Origin: Promethearchaeota archaeon
Lineage (GTDB): Archaea; Asgardarchaeota; Lokiarchaeia; Sigyniarchaeales; SOKP01
DNA: 28,004 nt
Direction: 5' to 3'
Assembly (NCBI GenBank): GCA_016926735.1
Contig: JAFGOA010000099.1
Coordinates: 1-28,004, forward strand
Below the pieces are notes generated by a model, which saw only the letters and a program-made list of their open reading frames with translations, did no database searches and was not told the origin of the DNA. Position 1 is the first letter of the stretch. Each line of letters opens with the position of its first letter. A program made the position numbers and the translations under genes. This document shows positions 1 to 10,015 of the stretch, in pieces.

Positions 1-107
1 ATAAATAATTTCCTTTCTAAATATTAAAATTTAACTTGAAAATTCGATTTCTAAAAAAAAAATAATATAAAAACAGTAAAAAAAAAATAAAAAATAAAAA
101 TTATAGA

Positions 108-1220
108 TTAATTGTTTTCTTTGATCTTTTTCTTTTCTTCTCTGTAAGTGTTGAATGTATCTTCTAAAACATTTATATATTCAACGAGTACCTCATCTGC
201 CTTAGATTTCTGTTCATATTGTGTTTTAATAATATTTAATAGATATTTTGGGAATACACGTTCTATGACAAAATCAGATAATAAAGTATAGTATTCATTA
301 CCCTGAGAATCTTGGAATACATGAGTGATTCTATTTTCCCATAATAGCTTGAGTACATCATTAAGATCTTCTACACCTTTTTTCTTCAGTTTTTCTAGGT
401 CGTTTTTAGTAACTATTGCTGTTCTTAATAATCTTATCGTTTCATAGACTTGAGGATTTGTTACCAGATTGACAAGATGAAGATTATCTTCTTGACTTGG
501 TCTGTAATCTGTAAAAAACTTTTTACATTCCATTTTATAGTCTTCTACTAGATTAGATGGTAAACCACGATCAGAAGGATCTTTAAGTAATTTAATTGGA
601 GGTCTTCGAATCATTATTATATCATTAGTGAGAAATATCAATTCTGATGGCATACCTTTAACGGAGGTTTCTTTAATGAGTTCCTTTTTAATTAAATCAT
701 TTAAAATATTTTCTATATCAACGAATCCTTGCTTATATTGATCTTTTAACCACACTGATAGTTCAGATTTAGAAACTACTCCTTCATCTTGAAGTCGTAA
801 GATTATCATTCGTTTAACTTCATTTTCATAAATCATAGCTAATTGTTGTTCTGAGTTAAGAGTAGGATATACAGAAATTCTTCTGAAAAGCATGGGAATA
901 TATTCTTTATATACATCATCTTCTAAGTTTTGTAAAATTGTCCTTGAGGCATCAGCTAATCCTCCTTCGAAGGAATCTGGATCTTCATCAATATTCAATA
1001 ATAAAAGAATATAATATTGAGAGTCTGGTCCAGTATAATATGATGCTATATTTAAGGATCCTACCATCAAACTAATCATTCCAGCTTCTCCGCTATACTC
1101 ATGGGTAGAATAAACTTGCATAAGTGTTTTATCTGAAATATTTAGTTCTTCTGGATATTGATTTAATAATTCAGTACCAACTCTTTCATTCCATCTCATT
1201 AATACTAATCCGACTGGCAT
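108..1220 (-). CDS. Longin/uDENN (NPRL2-like) N-terminal domain protein with putative winged-helix C-terminal regions
   Basis: 370-aa ORF. The N-terminus LVLMRWNERVGTELLNQYPE resembles the first hairpin of NPRL2/uDENN longins (hhhxxF-x-x-x-x-GP-x-h-x-x-Q-x-P). Later segments (VVSKSELSVWLK...ILNDLIKKELIKE; VTKNDLEKL...VLKLLWENRITH) look winged-helix-like. SD GGAGGTG precedes the ATG, which overlaps the upstream stop (TAATG). Confidence 0.6.
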   Translation of the reverse strand: MPVGLVLMRWNERVGTELLNQYPEELNISDKTLMQVYSTHEYSGEAGMISLMVGSLNIASYYTGPDSQYYILLLLNIDEDPDSFEGGLADASRTILQNLEDDVYKEYIPMLFRRISVYPTLNSEQQLAMIYENEVKRMIILRLQDEGVVSKSELSVWLKDQYKQGFVDIENILNDLIKKELIKETSVKGMPSELIFLTNDIIMIRRPPIKLLKDPSDRGLPSNLVEDYKMECKKFFTDYRPSQEDNLHLVNLVTNPQVYETIRLLRTAIVTKNDLEKLKKKGVEDLNDVLKLLWENRITHVFQDSQGNEYYTLLSDFVIERVFPKYLLNIIKTQYEQKSKADEVLVEYINVLEDTFNTYREEKKKIKENN

Positions 1221-4200
1221 TAATTAGCACCTCCATCTTCATTTTTGTTGATTTGTATTTTCTTCAATTTCTTTTTATCAAGATTTAATATATCCTCCAA
1301 ATCTAATCCAATCTCTTCCCAATAATCCTCATATCTTTTAGCTATGAATCCTTCCTTACTTGGATAAAGATACTTGTCTGATATTGATTTTCTACCCTTT
1401 ATTTCTTTTTGTATCGATTTTGCTTTCTTAATAAATGTAGGAATCCTAGCCACTTGTATATATCGATAAGTAACTAAACTTCCAACAACGGCACCAACCC
1501 CTATAACAATCATTAAGAAATAAAACATTGGGAAACCAGGAAATATTTCAATCATTCCAACATTAATCGTAATATCTATTGCTTTTGTGTTATAATTTGT
1601 TCTACTAATATATATTGTACCTCCAATTGCTTGTGAAGTAAAGAAAGCATCCGGAAGTTTAGTGATTGTAAACGTATATGTACCATCTCCATTATTAACT
1701 CCATCATAGATATTTCCACCTAAACTTAAAGTAAGAGTTGCATCATTAATAACAGATAGAGTTTCATTATCACTAAGATCTAATATAAATGTGAGAGATT
1801 TACCAGAAGTAGCTTGGATGATATTATTTTTAAATTGGTCTGATGGTAAAGGTGCATAGAACTCTCTTGGATTTACTGTAAGTAAAATTACTGGATTTCT
1901 GGTAGCATAGTTTTCTTTTTCGAGAGTGCATGAAATATGATATATTCCAATTGCTCTTGAAGCAGTATTAAAATCTAATGAATAAAGACCATTGCCTTCA
2001 TCAACAAGCGATCCTGTTCCTGAATCCACATCAATTCCACCAACTTCATATACCCATTCATAACTTCTTTTTTCACAATCTTCTAAACCGAGACCACTTT
2101 CCGCAATTGTATATGTAAAGTAAAATAACTTTGAATCTCCATATTGAATCTCTGGTAGATAAGTTTTTGGTATAGTTCCATTAATATATGTTTTAACTGC
2201 TAGAATAGATATATCTAAAATTATATTTTTAGATTCAAAATTTTGTTGTGTTGCTTCGATAGAAATTGAATATGATCCACTTTTAGGAAATTCCGTGGTG
2301 TCTAATGCAAGTCTATAAATACCTCCAGAACCAGTATATGGGAGGCTTCCTGCTATATAGGGCTTACTAGGAATAACATATGTAACTAATGCATCCTCTA
2401 AAGGAACACTACCCCCTCCAGTTATATCTGTAAATGTAACATCTACATATAGATATTCTTCATAATACGCAACAAGAGCAGTTGTATTGCTTGTTAAACT
2501 CGATGGTTTATCCAATAGAACGATTGATTCAGAGTAGACTTGGGTTATATGCCCTGCTTTTGAAACTGAAATTTCTATTGTATAGGAAGTGCTTGATCTC
2601 CAATTTTCTAAACCAATTGGATTATCTGTATCTATTGTTATTCCATATAATCCTGTACCTTCTCCTACAGGAATAAAAGCTATAGGTGTTGGGGTAATAA
2701 TAAGACTACCTCTTTTTATAATAAATGTAGCACTAGCACCATCAAGGTTTGTGGTTTGTGTGCCATTCTCAATCTTTACATATTGTAATTGATAAGTTAA
2801 ATCATCTCCTAATATTTCACTTCCATCTGGTATTGTTATCATTGTAATATTAGTTTCAAAACTTGAACCAAAGGTTACATTTACTACTGCAGAAGCTGCT
2901 GTATAGAAAGGATATGTAACATTTAAACCATCAAGAGGATCTAAGTCTCCAGGTGCAATTATCTCTATTGGTAATGTATCAAACCAAGTCACAGTAAATG
3001 TGATATTATCCCCTCCTAATGAAGAATTAGCCCACCTAAAAATAACATTTCCAAATTCATCTGAGTTTTCTGAACCAATTTCTTCAACAGATGTTTCACT
3101 TTCATTCCAGAATGTTACTGAAGCCCCTTCTAAGAATCCTTTAGGATCACCAGTTGAATTAAATCGATTAAGTGTAAGGTTTAAAGAAGTCATTTGTACA
3201 TTTTCAAAAGTTGTTATATTCAAACCTGTTGAATCTGTAGTTGCTTCATTTAAATTTATTATTTTGGACATTGTTATCGATATTGGTTGAATATATTTTT
3301 GATAAGAAACATTTACAATATAATCTCCTTCCTTAAGCCTTGTAAATGTTGTTGAACCATCCGATCCTGTGTTTTGTATCCATTCTTCACTGAGATCTGA
3401 ACTATTCCATACATTTACAGTTGCATCAGGAACAATATTATCATCAATATCTTTAACCTCAACCTTTAAGTTATAGAATTTACTATCTTTTTGATAAATA
3501 TAATAGTCTAATTCTGTCCTAAGTAAATCTAAAGTATTATTTATTGTTGCTAAAAATCCACTTTTATCATAAACATTATCAACATATTCCCAATATTGAA
3601 TTTTTAATCGATTTCCATAACCTCCTATATTATTATAAAAATCATTATTATCTCCTGAATAGAAATTTACTAGATCCGATATACTATCATAAGTAACTGT
3701 TCCATTAAAGTAATTAAGATCACTTGCAGCACCAAATACATCAACATTTGCTATAAAGATACCTACTGCATTTTGTGTTGCCGAATGTATTGTATCATGA
3801 ATTATTGTATAATTCTCAAAAGTAAAATCATCATCTTCAAAATCATCTTGATGAATATTATCGTAATAATAATCAAAGTTTTCAGAGTCGGCTAAATCTG
3901 ATAAATCATAATATGTATTTAGGGCAACCATTTGTGAATTTGTTTCATTTCCTCTAAATTGATCGTCAAAATAGATGGTTCTATCAAGATTCCATAGATT
4001 ATATTCATTATAAAACGTAAAGATATCTGATACATGCATATCAAATGAATCTGTCCAATTAATCAAATATTGAGAAAATACTTCTCCATTTTCCAATTCT
4101 ATAATTGATTCAATTGTTGAAGTTTCAGTACAATATTTATATTCATCTACTTCCTCATTAGTTAATGCTGAATTATATATGGCAACTTCATCCATCGCAC

Positions 4201-5473
4201 CATTGAAAAAGACATTATTTGTATGATCGGTTGTACCTAAACTAAAAGTTGCTCCTGCTGCAGCTGCAAGATAATCGCCCGAACTCCAATAACTTGTAGA
4301 ATACCAATTATCATTTATTCTAACATCTACATCTCCATTATCAAACCTAATAGCAATAAAATTCCACTGTCCAACTACCACATCACCTATATTTCCAATG
4401 TCTGTATATCCATTTGCACCATTTGTATGAATATATAGGTGAATTCGTCCATTAGGATCGAATCCTGCTTCAAAATTATCATTAATACTATCATGGGCTT
4501 TTGCCATAAAACAATTATAAGTATAATGATTACTATGAGTCCCTGGAACTAGATCTGTAGGATTTAACCATAAGGTAATTGTAAATTCATTATTACCAGA
4601 ACTAAAGGGATCTCCCGGGCTATCCAAAACACCGCCATAATTAATCCAATTATTATCAAAAAGAACGCCTGATTTAACAATTCCATCAGTCCACTCAACA
4701 CCATTTTCCAAACTTCCAGGACCTATATTTCCACTAGAATCATAAGAATATAGTCCTGAATTCTCATCTAAATGAGCTAAGAAACTTAGAGAATCATGAG
4801 ATAATTGTTTTTCAGGAGAAAGGGAGTTATCTGAATGGAAATCAAAAGTATCCTTAATTAATTCACTAACACCCATTCCTTCTTGAAGAACTGCTTTATA
4901 TATGTCTCCAGAAGAACCAACGGTAACCGTCAACTTGCCTCCTGCGAGAATGCTTGAAAAATCTGTATTATAATTAGGTATACCTATTCCATCAAGATTT
5001 TCATTATAATAAAAGAAATATGTACAATTAGAGTTTGCAGATATATTTACTAGAAAAGTGATAGTACAAGAGCTTATATAATTTGCACTATAATAAGATA
5101 TATTCCAAACTTGTACTGGAATTTCATCACTCCAATCCTCAGAGCCAGTAAAATTATAAATAACTAGCCTACCACTATCTTCATAATGCTCTCCATCTTC
5201 AAATGTAAGATATACATTAACAGGTTCAAATCTATCATAATCATACTTATTTTCAATGACCAATCCTGTCCTAAATCGAAATCTTGTATCCCACCAAGTA
5301 GATGCAGGATATTTGCTAGGCTCATAAGATACATCAGAAGAATTTATGTCATTTTCCTGAGTGTTTTCTTTTAAATCCGTATTCTTTAGCATATAAGAGT
5401 TTAAAGAAAAAAAACCTGAAGAAATTACCATAAATATAAAAAAAATAGATAGAATTCTTCTTCTTTTTTGCAT
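1220..5473 (-). CDS. Large single-pass cell-surface protein: signal/anchor, DUF2341-like domain, LamG/ConA-like domain, beta-sandwich (Ig/carboxypeptidase-regulatory-like) repeats, C-terminal TM and cytoplasmic tail
   Basis: 1417-aa ORF. Basic + hydrophobic N-terminus; WWDTRFRFR...TYFFYYN (DUF2341-like); FTITLWLNP...WNFIAIRF...FFNGAMDEVAIYNSALT (LamG); recurring 'GxYxh' beta repeats; many N-x-S/T sequons; PGFPMFYFLMIVIGVGAVVGSLVTY TM followed by ~80 charged residues. Confidence 0.8.
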   Translation of the reverse strand: MQKRRRILSIFFIFMVISSGFFSLNSYMLKNTDLKENTQENDINSSDVSYEPSKYPASTWWDTRFRFRTGLVIENKYDYDRFEPVNVYLTFEDGEHYEDSGRLVIYNFTGSEDWSDEIPVQVWNISYYSANYISSCTITFLVNISANSNCTYFFYYNENLDGIGIPNYNTDFSSILAGGKLTVTVGSSGDIYKAVLQEGMGVSELIKDTFDFHSDNSLSPEKQLSHDSLSFLAHLDENSGLYSYDSSGNIGPGSLENGVEWTDGIVKSGVLFDNNWINYGGVLDSPGDPFSSGNNEFTITLWLNPTDLVPGTHSNHYTYNCFMAKAHDSINDNFEAGFDPNGRIHLYIHTNGANGYTDIGNIGDVVVGQWNFIAIRFDNGDVDVRINDNWYSTSYWSSGDYLAAAAGATFSLGTTDHTNNVFFNGAMDEVAIYNSALTNEEVDEYKYCTETSTIESIIELENGEVFSQYLINWTDSFDMHVSDIFTFYNEYNLWNLDRTIYFDDQFRGNETNSQMVALNTYYDLSDLADSENFDYYYDNIHQDDFEDDDFTFENYTIIHDTIHSATQNAVGIFIANVDVFGAASDLNYFNGTVTYDSISDLVNFYSGDNNDFYNNIGGYGNRLKIQYWEYVDNVYDKSGFLATINNTLDLLRTELDYYIYQKDSKFYNLKVEVKDIDDNIVPDATVNVWNSSDLSEEWIQNTGSDGSTTFTRLKEGDYIVNVSYQKYIQPISITMSKIINLNEATTDSTGLNITTFENVQMTSLNLTLNRFNSTGDPKGFLEGASVTFWNESETSVEEIGSENSDEFGNVIFRWANSSLGGDNITFTVTWFDTLPIEIIAPGDLDPLDGLNVTYPFYTAASAVVNVTFGSSFETNITMITIPDGSEILGDDLTYQLQYVKIENGTQTTNLDGASATFIIKRGSLIITPTPIAFIPVGEGTGLYGITIDTDNPIGLENWRSSTSYTIEISVSKAGHITQVYSESIVLLDKPSSLTSNTTALVAYYEEYLYVDVTFTDITGGGSVPLEDALVTYVIPSKPYIAGSLPYTGSGGIYRLALDTTEFPKSGSYSISIEATQQNFESKNIILDISILAVKTYINGTIPKTYLPEIQYGDSKLFYFTYTIAESGLGLEDCEKRSYEWVYEVGGIDVDSGTGSLVDEGNGLYSLDFNTASRAIGIYHISCTLEKENYATRNPVILLTVNPREFYAPLPSDQFKNNIIQATSGKSLTFILDLSDNETLSVINDATLTLSLGGNIYDGVNNGDGTYTFTITKLPDAFFTSQAIGGTIYISRTNYNTKAIDITINVGMIEIFPGFPMFYFLMIVIGVGAVVGSLVTYRYIQVARIPTFIKKAKSIQKEIKGRKSISDKYLYPSKEGFIAKRYEDYWEEIGLDLEDILNLDKKKLKKIQINKNEDGGAN

Positions 5474-5718
5474 TTAGTTCACTTTAATAAAATATTTTTT
5501 GTCTCTTTTTTTTGCATTCAAAAAAGATAAGTTTATTATAACAAATGTATAAAAATGGGTTATTAAAATTATCGTATAAAGGTTCAATTTCTAGTCATAA
5601 TTTTTAAATAGATTTTTTAATTTAGATCATTTAAATTATTCAAATTTAATGATATGATAATTTAAAAAAAGATATTATCTTTTCCAGAAATATAAATAAA
5701 GATCTTTTATCAATATTA

Positions 5719-6348
5719 TTATTTTTCCAAAATTAGAAATATCTTTCTTTTTTTAGGATTATTTGGATTATCAATGATAAATCCCCCTTTAAAATTAGAA
5801 TTTGAATTAATAATATTTTTCATATGTTCTAAAATTATTTCATTTTTAGGATAAAATTGAAAGATTGCTTTGGAACCAAATTTGAGAACTTTATAAAATG
5901 ATAAAATTAAATCTACAAATAATTTTGTCATTTCTTTATTTTTCGTATCTCTATAGATCCATTGTAATGCAGAAATTGAAATGATTCCATCAAAAGAATT
6001 TGGTTTAAAAGGAAGTGCAGTCATATCAGCTACCAATGGATTAAGATCATTAATATCAAAATAGGAAAGAAAATCCTTTATAATATCAAAAGCAACAACA
6101 TTATAACCAATATGTTTAATATAGAAAGAAGCAAATCCTGGACCACAACCTGCATCAAGTATAAGTGCCTCTTTTTTTTGAAGTTGCATGAGTTCAAATG
6201 CTCTTTTTGTTATTTTTAATTGAATTCTTTGTATATTTTTAGAATTCGCATAGTTTTCTAATCGTTCACCAGAAAAATAATCTAATACATTTTTATAGAT
6301 TTCTTCGGGTCTTTTTTTTTTTATATCAAAATAATAATCGTCATTCAT
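5719..6348 (-). CDS. Bud23/WBSCR22-like class I SAM-dependent methyltransferase (putative SSU rRNA m7G MTase)
   Basis: Motifs RPEE...IQ..ITKRAFELM, LDAGCGPG, FDGIISISALQW, AIFQFYPKN and GGFIIDNPN..K.KIFLIL match Bud23-family motifs in the same order. Confidence 0.8.
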   Translation of the reverse strand: MNDDYYFDIKKKRPEEIYKNVLDYFSGERLENYANSKNIQRIQLKITKRAFELMQLQKKEALILDAGCGPGFASFYIKHIGYNVVAFDIIKDFLSYFDINDLNPLVADMTALPFKPNSFDGIISISALQWIYRDTKNKEMTKLFVDLILSFYKVLKFGSKAIFQFYPKNEIILEHMKNIINSNSNFKGGFIIDNPNNPKKRKIFLILEK

Positions 6349-6471
6349 TCTAATAGGTTAAAAAAATTAATAAAAAAAAATCAATCTGTATAAATCAAAA
6401 ATTTTATTATTTTTAATTATTTATTTAACTTAAATCAACATTTATGATATAATTTTTCAATGTGATATATT

Positions 6472-6768
6472 TTGTCAGATAAGAAAGCTAAAATTTTAGT
6501 TCGAAAAGATACGCTTAATTTAAGAAGAAAATATGGAAGATCGAAGCAAATTAATGTTATAGAGAGAGATGCATATGTCCCTGAAGGAATAGAAGAAGAT
6601 ATTAAACAGGATATTCTTAAAAGAAAAGCAATTACGGCAACTGATATAGCTGTAAAATATGATATTAGGGTATCTACAATAAAAATCTTATTGGAAAAAT
6701 ATGCTAAAGAAGGTTTGATTAAATTATATAAACCTTCTCTGAATTTTAAAGTCTATATTCCAATCTAA
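6472..6768 (+). CDS. rps25e: 30S ribosomal protein S25e (eS25)
   Basis: 98-aa basic protein with the winged-helix core KAITATDIAVKYDIRVSTIKILLEKYAKEGLIKLY...KVY typical of eS25; TTG start. Confidence 0.8.
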   Translation: MSDKKAKILVRKDTLNLRRKYGRSKQINVIERDAYVPEGIEEDIKQDILKRKAITATDIAVKYDIRVSTIKILLEKYAKEGLIKLYKPSLNFKVYIPI

Positions 6769-6860
6769 TGATTAATTTCATCTATTTTACGTATCTATCT
6801 ATTTTTTATATTTCTCAGAAATCTTTATATTATTCTGATTCATTAAAGATATATGTTTAA

Positions 6861-6960
6861 GCAGATGTAGCCTAGTGGTAAGACGCCAGCCTCGAGTATG
6901 TCTTGATATCAAGAAAGCTGGAACGCATTGCGTTCGGGGGTTCGAATCCCTCCATCTGCG
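6861..6960 (+). tRNA. tRNA-Ser(CGA) with ~19-nt intron at 37/38 (about 6897-6915); CCA not encoded
   Basis: Acceptor GCAGATG/CATCTGC; anticodon stem CCAGC/GCTGG with CT-CGA-G; long variable arm AACGC-ATT-GCGTT; T arm GGGGG-TTCGAAT-CCCTC; discriminator G; relaxed bulge-helix-bulge around the intron. Confidence 0.92.
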
Positions 6961-7298
6961 TCTAAAAATCATATAATTTCTATATAGAAACCTGAATTTT
7001 TTCCCTTAATGGTAAAAAAATACTTTCCTCTCTCAATTCTCTCGACAGAATTTAAAACTACAGTTATACCTTAGCTATTGAAGGAATTAATCGAAGATTT
7101 AATATAAAAAATAATATCTAAATTGCTTTTTTAATACTTCTAGAATATTATTCAATTAAATATAAACTAACTAATAATTAGAGTATATGTTTTGAATGTT
7201 TACTTGATCCTTATTTTTAAGATTTATAAAAAATATACTCAAAATTAAAAATATATAGTTCAAATTAAAAAAAGAATAGACTTGGTGAAGAATTAAAA

Positions 7299-8642
7299 TT
7301 AAATAACAAGAATTATAAATATCAAATATCCTATACCAATTAAAATATGAAAAATAGCATATAATCCTCCTATTTTTACCATTTTTTTATATGTTAAATC
7401 TTCGATTTTATTATTTCTACCAAATTCTAGTATCATTAAATCAGCAGGACTACCTTGAGGTAAAAAATTTCCCCCTAAATTAATCCCCAAAATAAATGCA
7501 ATATATAAAGGAAAGGCATAAAAATTTGGATCTCTAATTAAAATCTGTATAACAGGAATAAAGATTATTGATACAGGAGTATTATCGATTAAACCGCTAA
7601 AAATTGATGTTATTAATAAAATAATTAAACTTAATAACAATTCATTTTCTAATGATAAATTTTCTACAAATATTTCAAGTAATAATAAAGTTCCATTTAT
7701 CTCCATTAAACCTATAAATATGAATAAACAAATAAAAAAATAAATTAGTTTATAGTCAATCTTTTGTAAATAATAAATTAGTGAATATTTTTTCTGAGAG
7801 TTCTTGAATTTTTTATTAGGATTGAAAATTACAAAAATTATTGCAAAAATAAAAGCAACAAGATAGGTTTGGGGAATTATAACTAAGAATAATATAAAAA
7901 AAAATAATAAGATACAATTTTTATTAAAATTTCTCTTTGTTATTTTCTTAGTTAAATTAATATGATTACTTATTTCAGGATTTCGATTATTGTTCTCTTT
8001 TGAAGATTTTTTTAGATATTTCTTTAAAATAAATTGATCTAAAGAAATCAAGGTAAGAATAAATGTAATGAGGAAATAAGGCATAATATGAATTAAAAAC
8101 CAATAAAATCCTATGTTTAATTCATTTGATATTAATATATTTTGAGCAGATCCAAAAGGTGTAAGGGTAGCAGCAAGATTAACGCAAATGGATATGCCTA
8201 AAAGAAAAGGTGTAGGACTTACACTAATTTTTCTACATACAATTATGATTAAAGGCAAAAAAATCACAACTATCGAGATACCTGCGATAATTGATGCCAA
8301 TAATGTAGTTATAGTACAGAAAATATAAAATAATTTTCGAGGTTTTGAACCAAAACGTTTAACTATTCTAAAAGCGATTTCATCAAAAAAATTATTTTCT
8401 TTCAGAATCTCAACAATAGAGAAAGTACCTATAAAAAAAAAGATTACATCCCATTCTATTGTATTGATATAATAAGATAAATCTCGAGCATCTGAAATAT
8501 ATATTGCGGTTATTATTGAAGCTACTATAATAAAGATAAAAGAATACAAAATATAATCTACTTTTTCGAAAAATAAAACAATTATTAATCCCATAAAACA
8601 TATTCCAACTATGATTTGAAGTACTGGTTCGATTTCTATCAC
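7299..8642 (-). CDS. ArsB/NhaD (SLC13/P-protein-like) ion transporter superfamily permease
   Basis: Many hydrophobic segments; motifs IEWDVIFFFIG, NLAATLTPFGSAQNILI, SGLIDNTP, NLGGNFLPQGSPADL. Confidence 0.85.
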   Translation of the reverse strand: MIEIEPVLQIIVGICFMGLIIVLFFEKVDYILYSFIFIIVASIITAIYISDARDLSYYINTIEWDVIFFFIGTFSIVEILKENNFFDEIAFRIVKRFGSKPRKLFYIFCTITTLLASIIAGISIVVIFLPLIIIVCRKISVSPTPFLLGISICVNLAATLTPFGSAQNILISNELNIGFYWFLIHIMPYFLITFILTLISLDQFILKKYLKKSSKENNNRNPEISNHINLTKKITKRNFNKNCILLFFFILFLVIIPQTYLVAFIFAIIFVIFNPNKKFKNSQKKYSLIYYLQKIDYKLIYFFICLFIFIGLMEINGTLLLLEIFVENLSLENELLLSLIILLITSIFSGLIDNTPVSIIFIPVIQILIRDPNFYAFPLYIAFILGINLGGNFLPQGSPADLMILEFGRNNKIEDLTYKKMVKIGGLYAIFHILIGIGYLIFIILVI

Positions 8643-9356
8643 GATTCTTATATAATTTTAATCCAAAAGTAGATTTATATTATTTAGGAACTATCTTATT
8701 AGGTTGTTGTGAGATATAAATTTTTAGTATTCAATTCCAATTTTTTAATTCTGATAAATAATCCTATTTTTTTAAATTAAAAAAAAAGATTTATAATAAA
8801 ATTTAAATTCTAATTTTAATGCTTTCTATGATATTATGAATAATATTCTATTTATTAATTGATTGAAAATTATCCTTAACATCAAAGATATTTCTAACTA
8901 TTTTTTTCCTTTTTAAAAAAATATATATTTTTCTCTATTTTCTTTAGTCTAAAAAATAGTTTACATGGAAAAAATAATAATTTTAATGGAAAATGGGTGT
9001 AAAATCACTATTTTGCAAAACTCGATTCTATAAGCGATATCCTTATTTTCACTAAAATCTGAGAGGATTAAATAAAGGCAAAAAAGATTATTTAAATTAT
9101 CTTATTATTAATTTATTTATATGAAAGATATAAAATCAAATGACTCTTAATTTCAAGATATATCTTTAAGATACCTTAATGTAATTATTCTCAAAAAATA
9201 AGTTATATTTGAGTAGATGTTCATTATATTATTTAAAGATGAGTTTTAAGAATAATAGAATATCTATATTATCATAAATTACTTAAAAGCAACAGATACT
9301 TAATTATTAATATTAGTATTGTTTATTTTTCTATAGATAAATTAGAGAAAATAATC

Positions 9357-9594
9357 ATGACATCAAAAACAATAAATATTGATGAGGATACTTACAAAAG
9401 ATTGTTAAAGAAAAAAAAAAAAGGATGAAACTATATCTGATTTAATAGATAAATTATTAGGTTACAAGGAGAAACAAAAAAGCAATTTAAGACCATTTTT
9501 TGGACGTTGGAAAGATTTACCAAAGGATTATTTTGAAATAATGGGAGTTGCTCGCAAAGAACTTCGTAATGATATAAGCAAGAGATTTCATTAA
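9357..9594 (+). pseudogene. vapB: VapB-family antitoxin, frameshifted in an A12 run (9411-9422)
   Basis: MTSKTINIDEDTYKRLLKKKKKG* in one frame continues as KDETISDLIDKLLG...FFGRWKD...KRFH* in the +1 frame. Joined, it gives the archaeal VapB pattern KTI.I....Y..L...K...E..SD.I..LL. It ends 1 nt before the vapC ATG. Confidence 0.8.
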
Positions 9595-9595
9595 A

Positions 9596-10015
9596 ATGAT
9601 TTTTATTGATACAAATATTGCAATAGAGATTTTAAATGGTAATAATACTTTAGATGATTTAATTACCAAATTAAGTTCAGATAAAATTGGTATAACATCT
9701 CCTTATATTGTTGAACTATATTATAGTCTTTATAAACTCAAATATATAAAAAAGGAACTTTCAAAAAGTAAATTTAACGAGTTATCATTTGATTTGGAAC
9801 AATTGATTAAGGAATTAAATTGTTTTTCTCTTGATTTGAAAAATGCTATTTTAGGAGCTAAATTATATATGAAATTAAAGGGAAAAAGACAAGAAATAGA
9901 GATTTTTGATTGTCTTATTGCAGCAATTATCATTTCTAACGATTATCAAAAGCTAGTTATCAATAATCAAAAACATTTTAAAAGATTTGAAGAACTTGAA
10001 TTGATTTCTTTTTGA
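9596..10015 (+). CDS. vapC: VapC PIN-domain toxin (type II TA)
   Basis: IFIDTNIAI, VELYY, IFDCLIAA and N.KHF PIN motifs; directly downstream of the vapB-like gene. Confidence 0.9.
   Translation: MIFIDTNIAIEILNGNNTLDDLITKLSSDKIGITSPYIVELYYSLYKLKYIKKELSKSKFNELSFDLEQLIKELNCFSLDLKNAILGAKLYMKLKGKRQEIEIFDCLIAAIIISNDYQKLVINNQKHFKRFEELELISF

Noticed and set aside
2482-5374. Four short + strand ORFs (2482, 2589, 3000, 5186)
   Set aside because: Antisense shadows inside the 1417-aa gene, with no recognisable motifs.
8410-9933. ORFs 8410-8601 and 9730-9933
   Set aside because: Off-frame or antisense overlaps of the permease and vapC.
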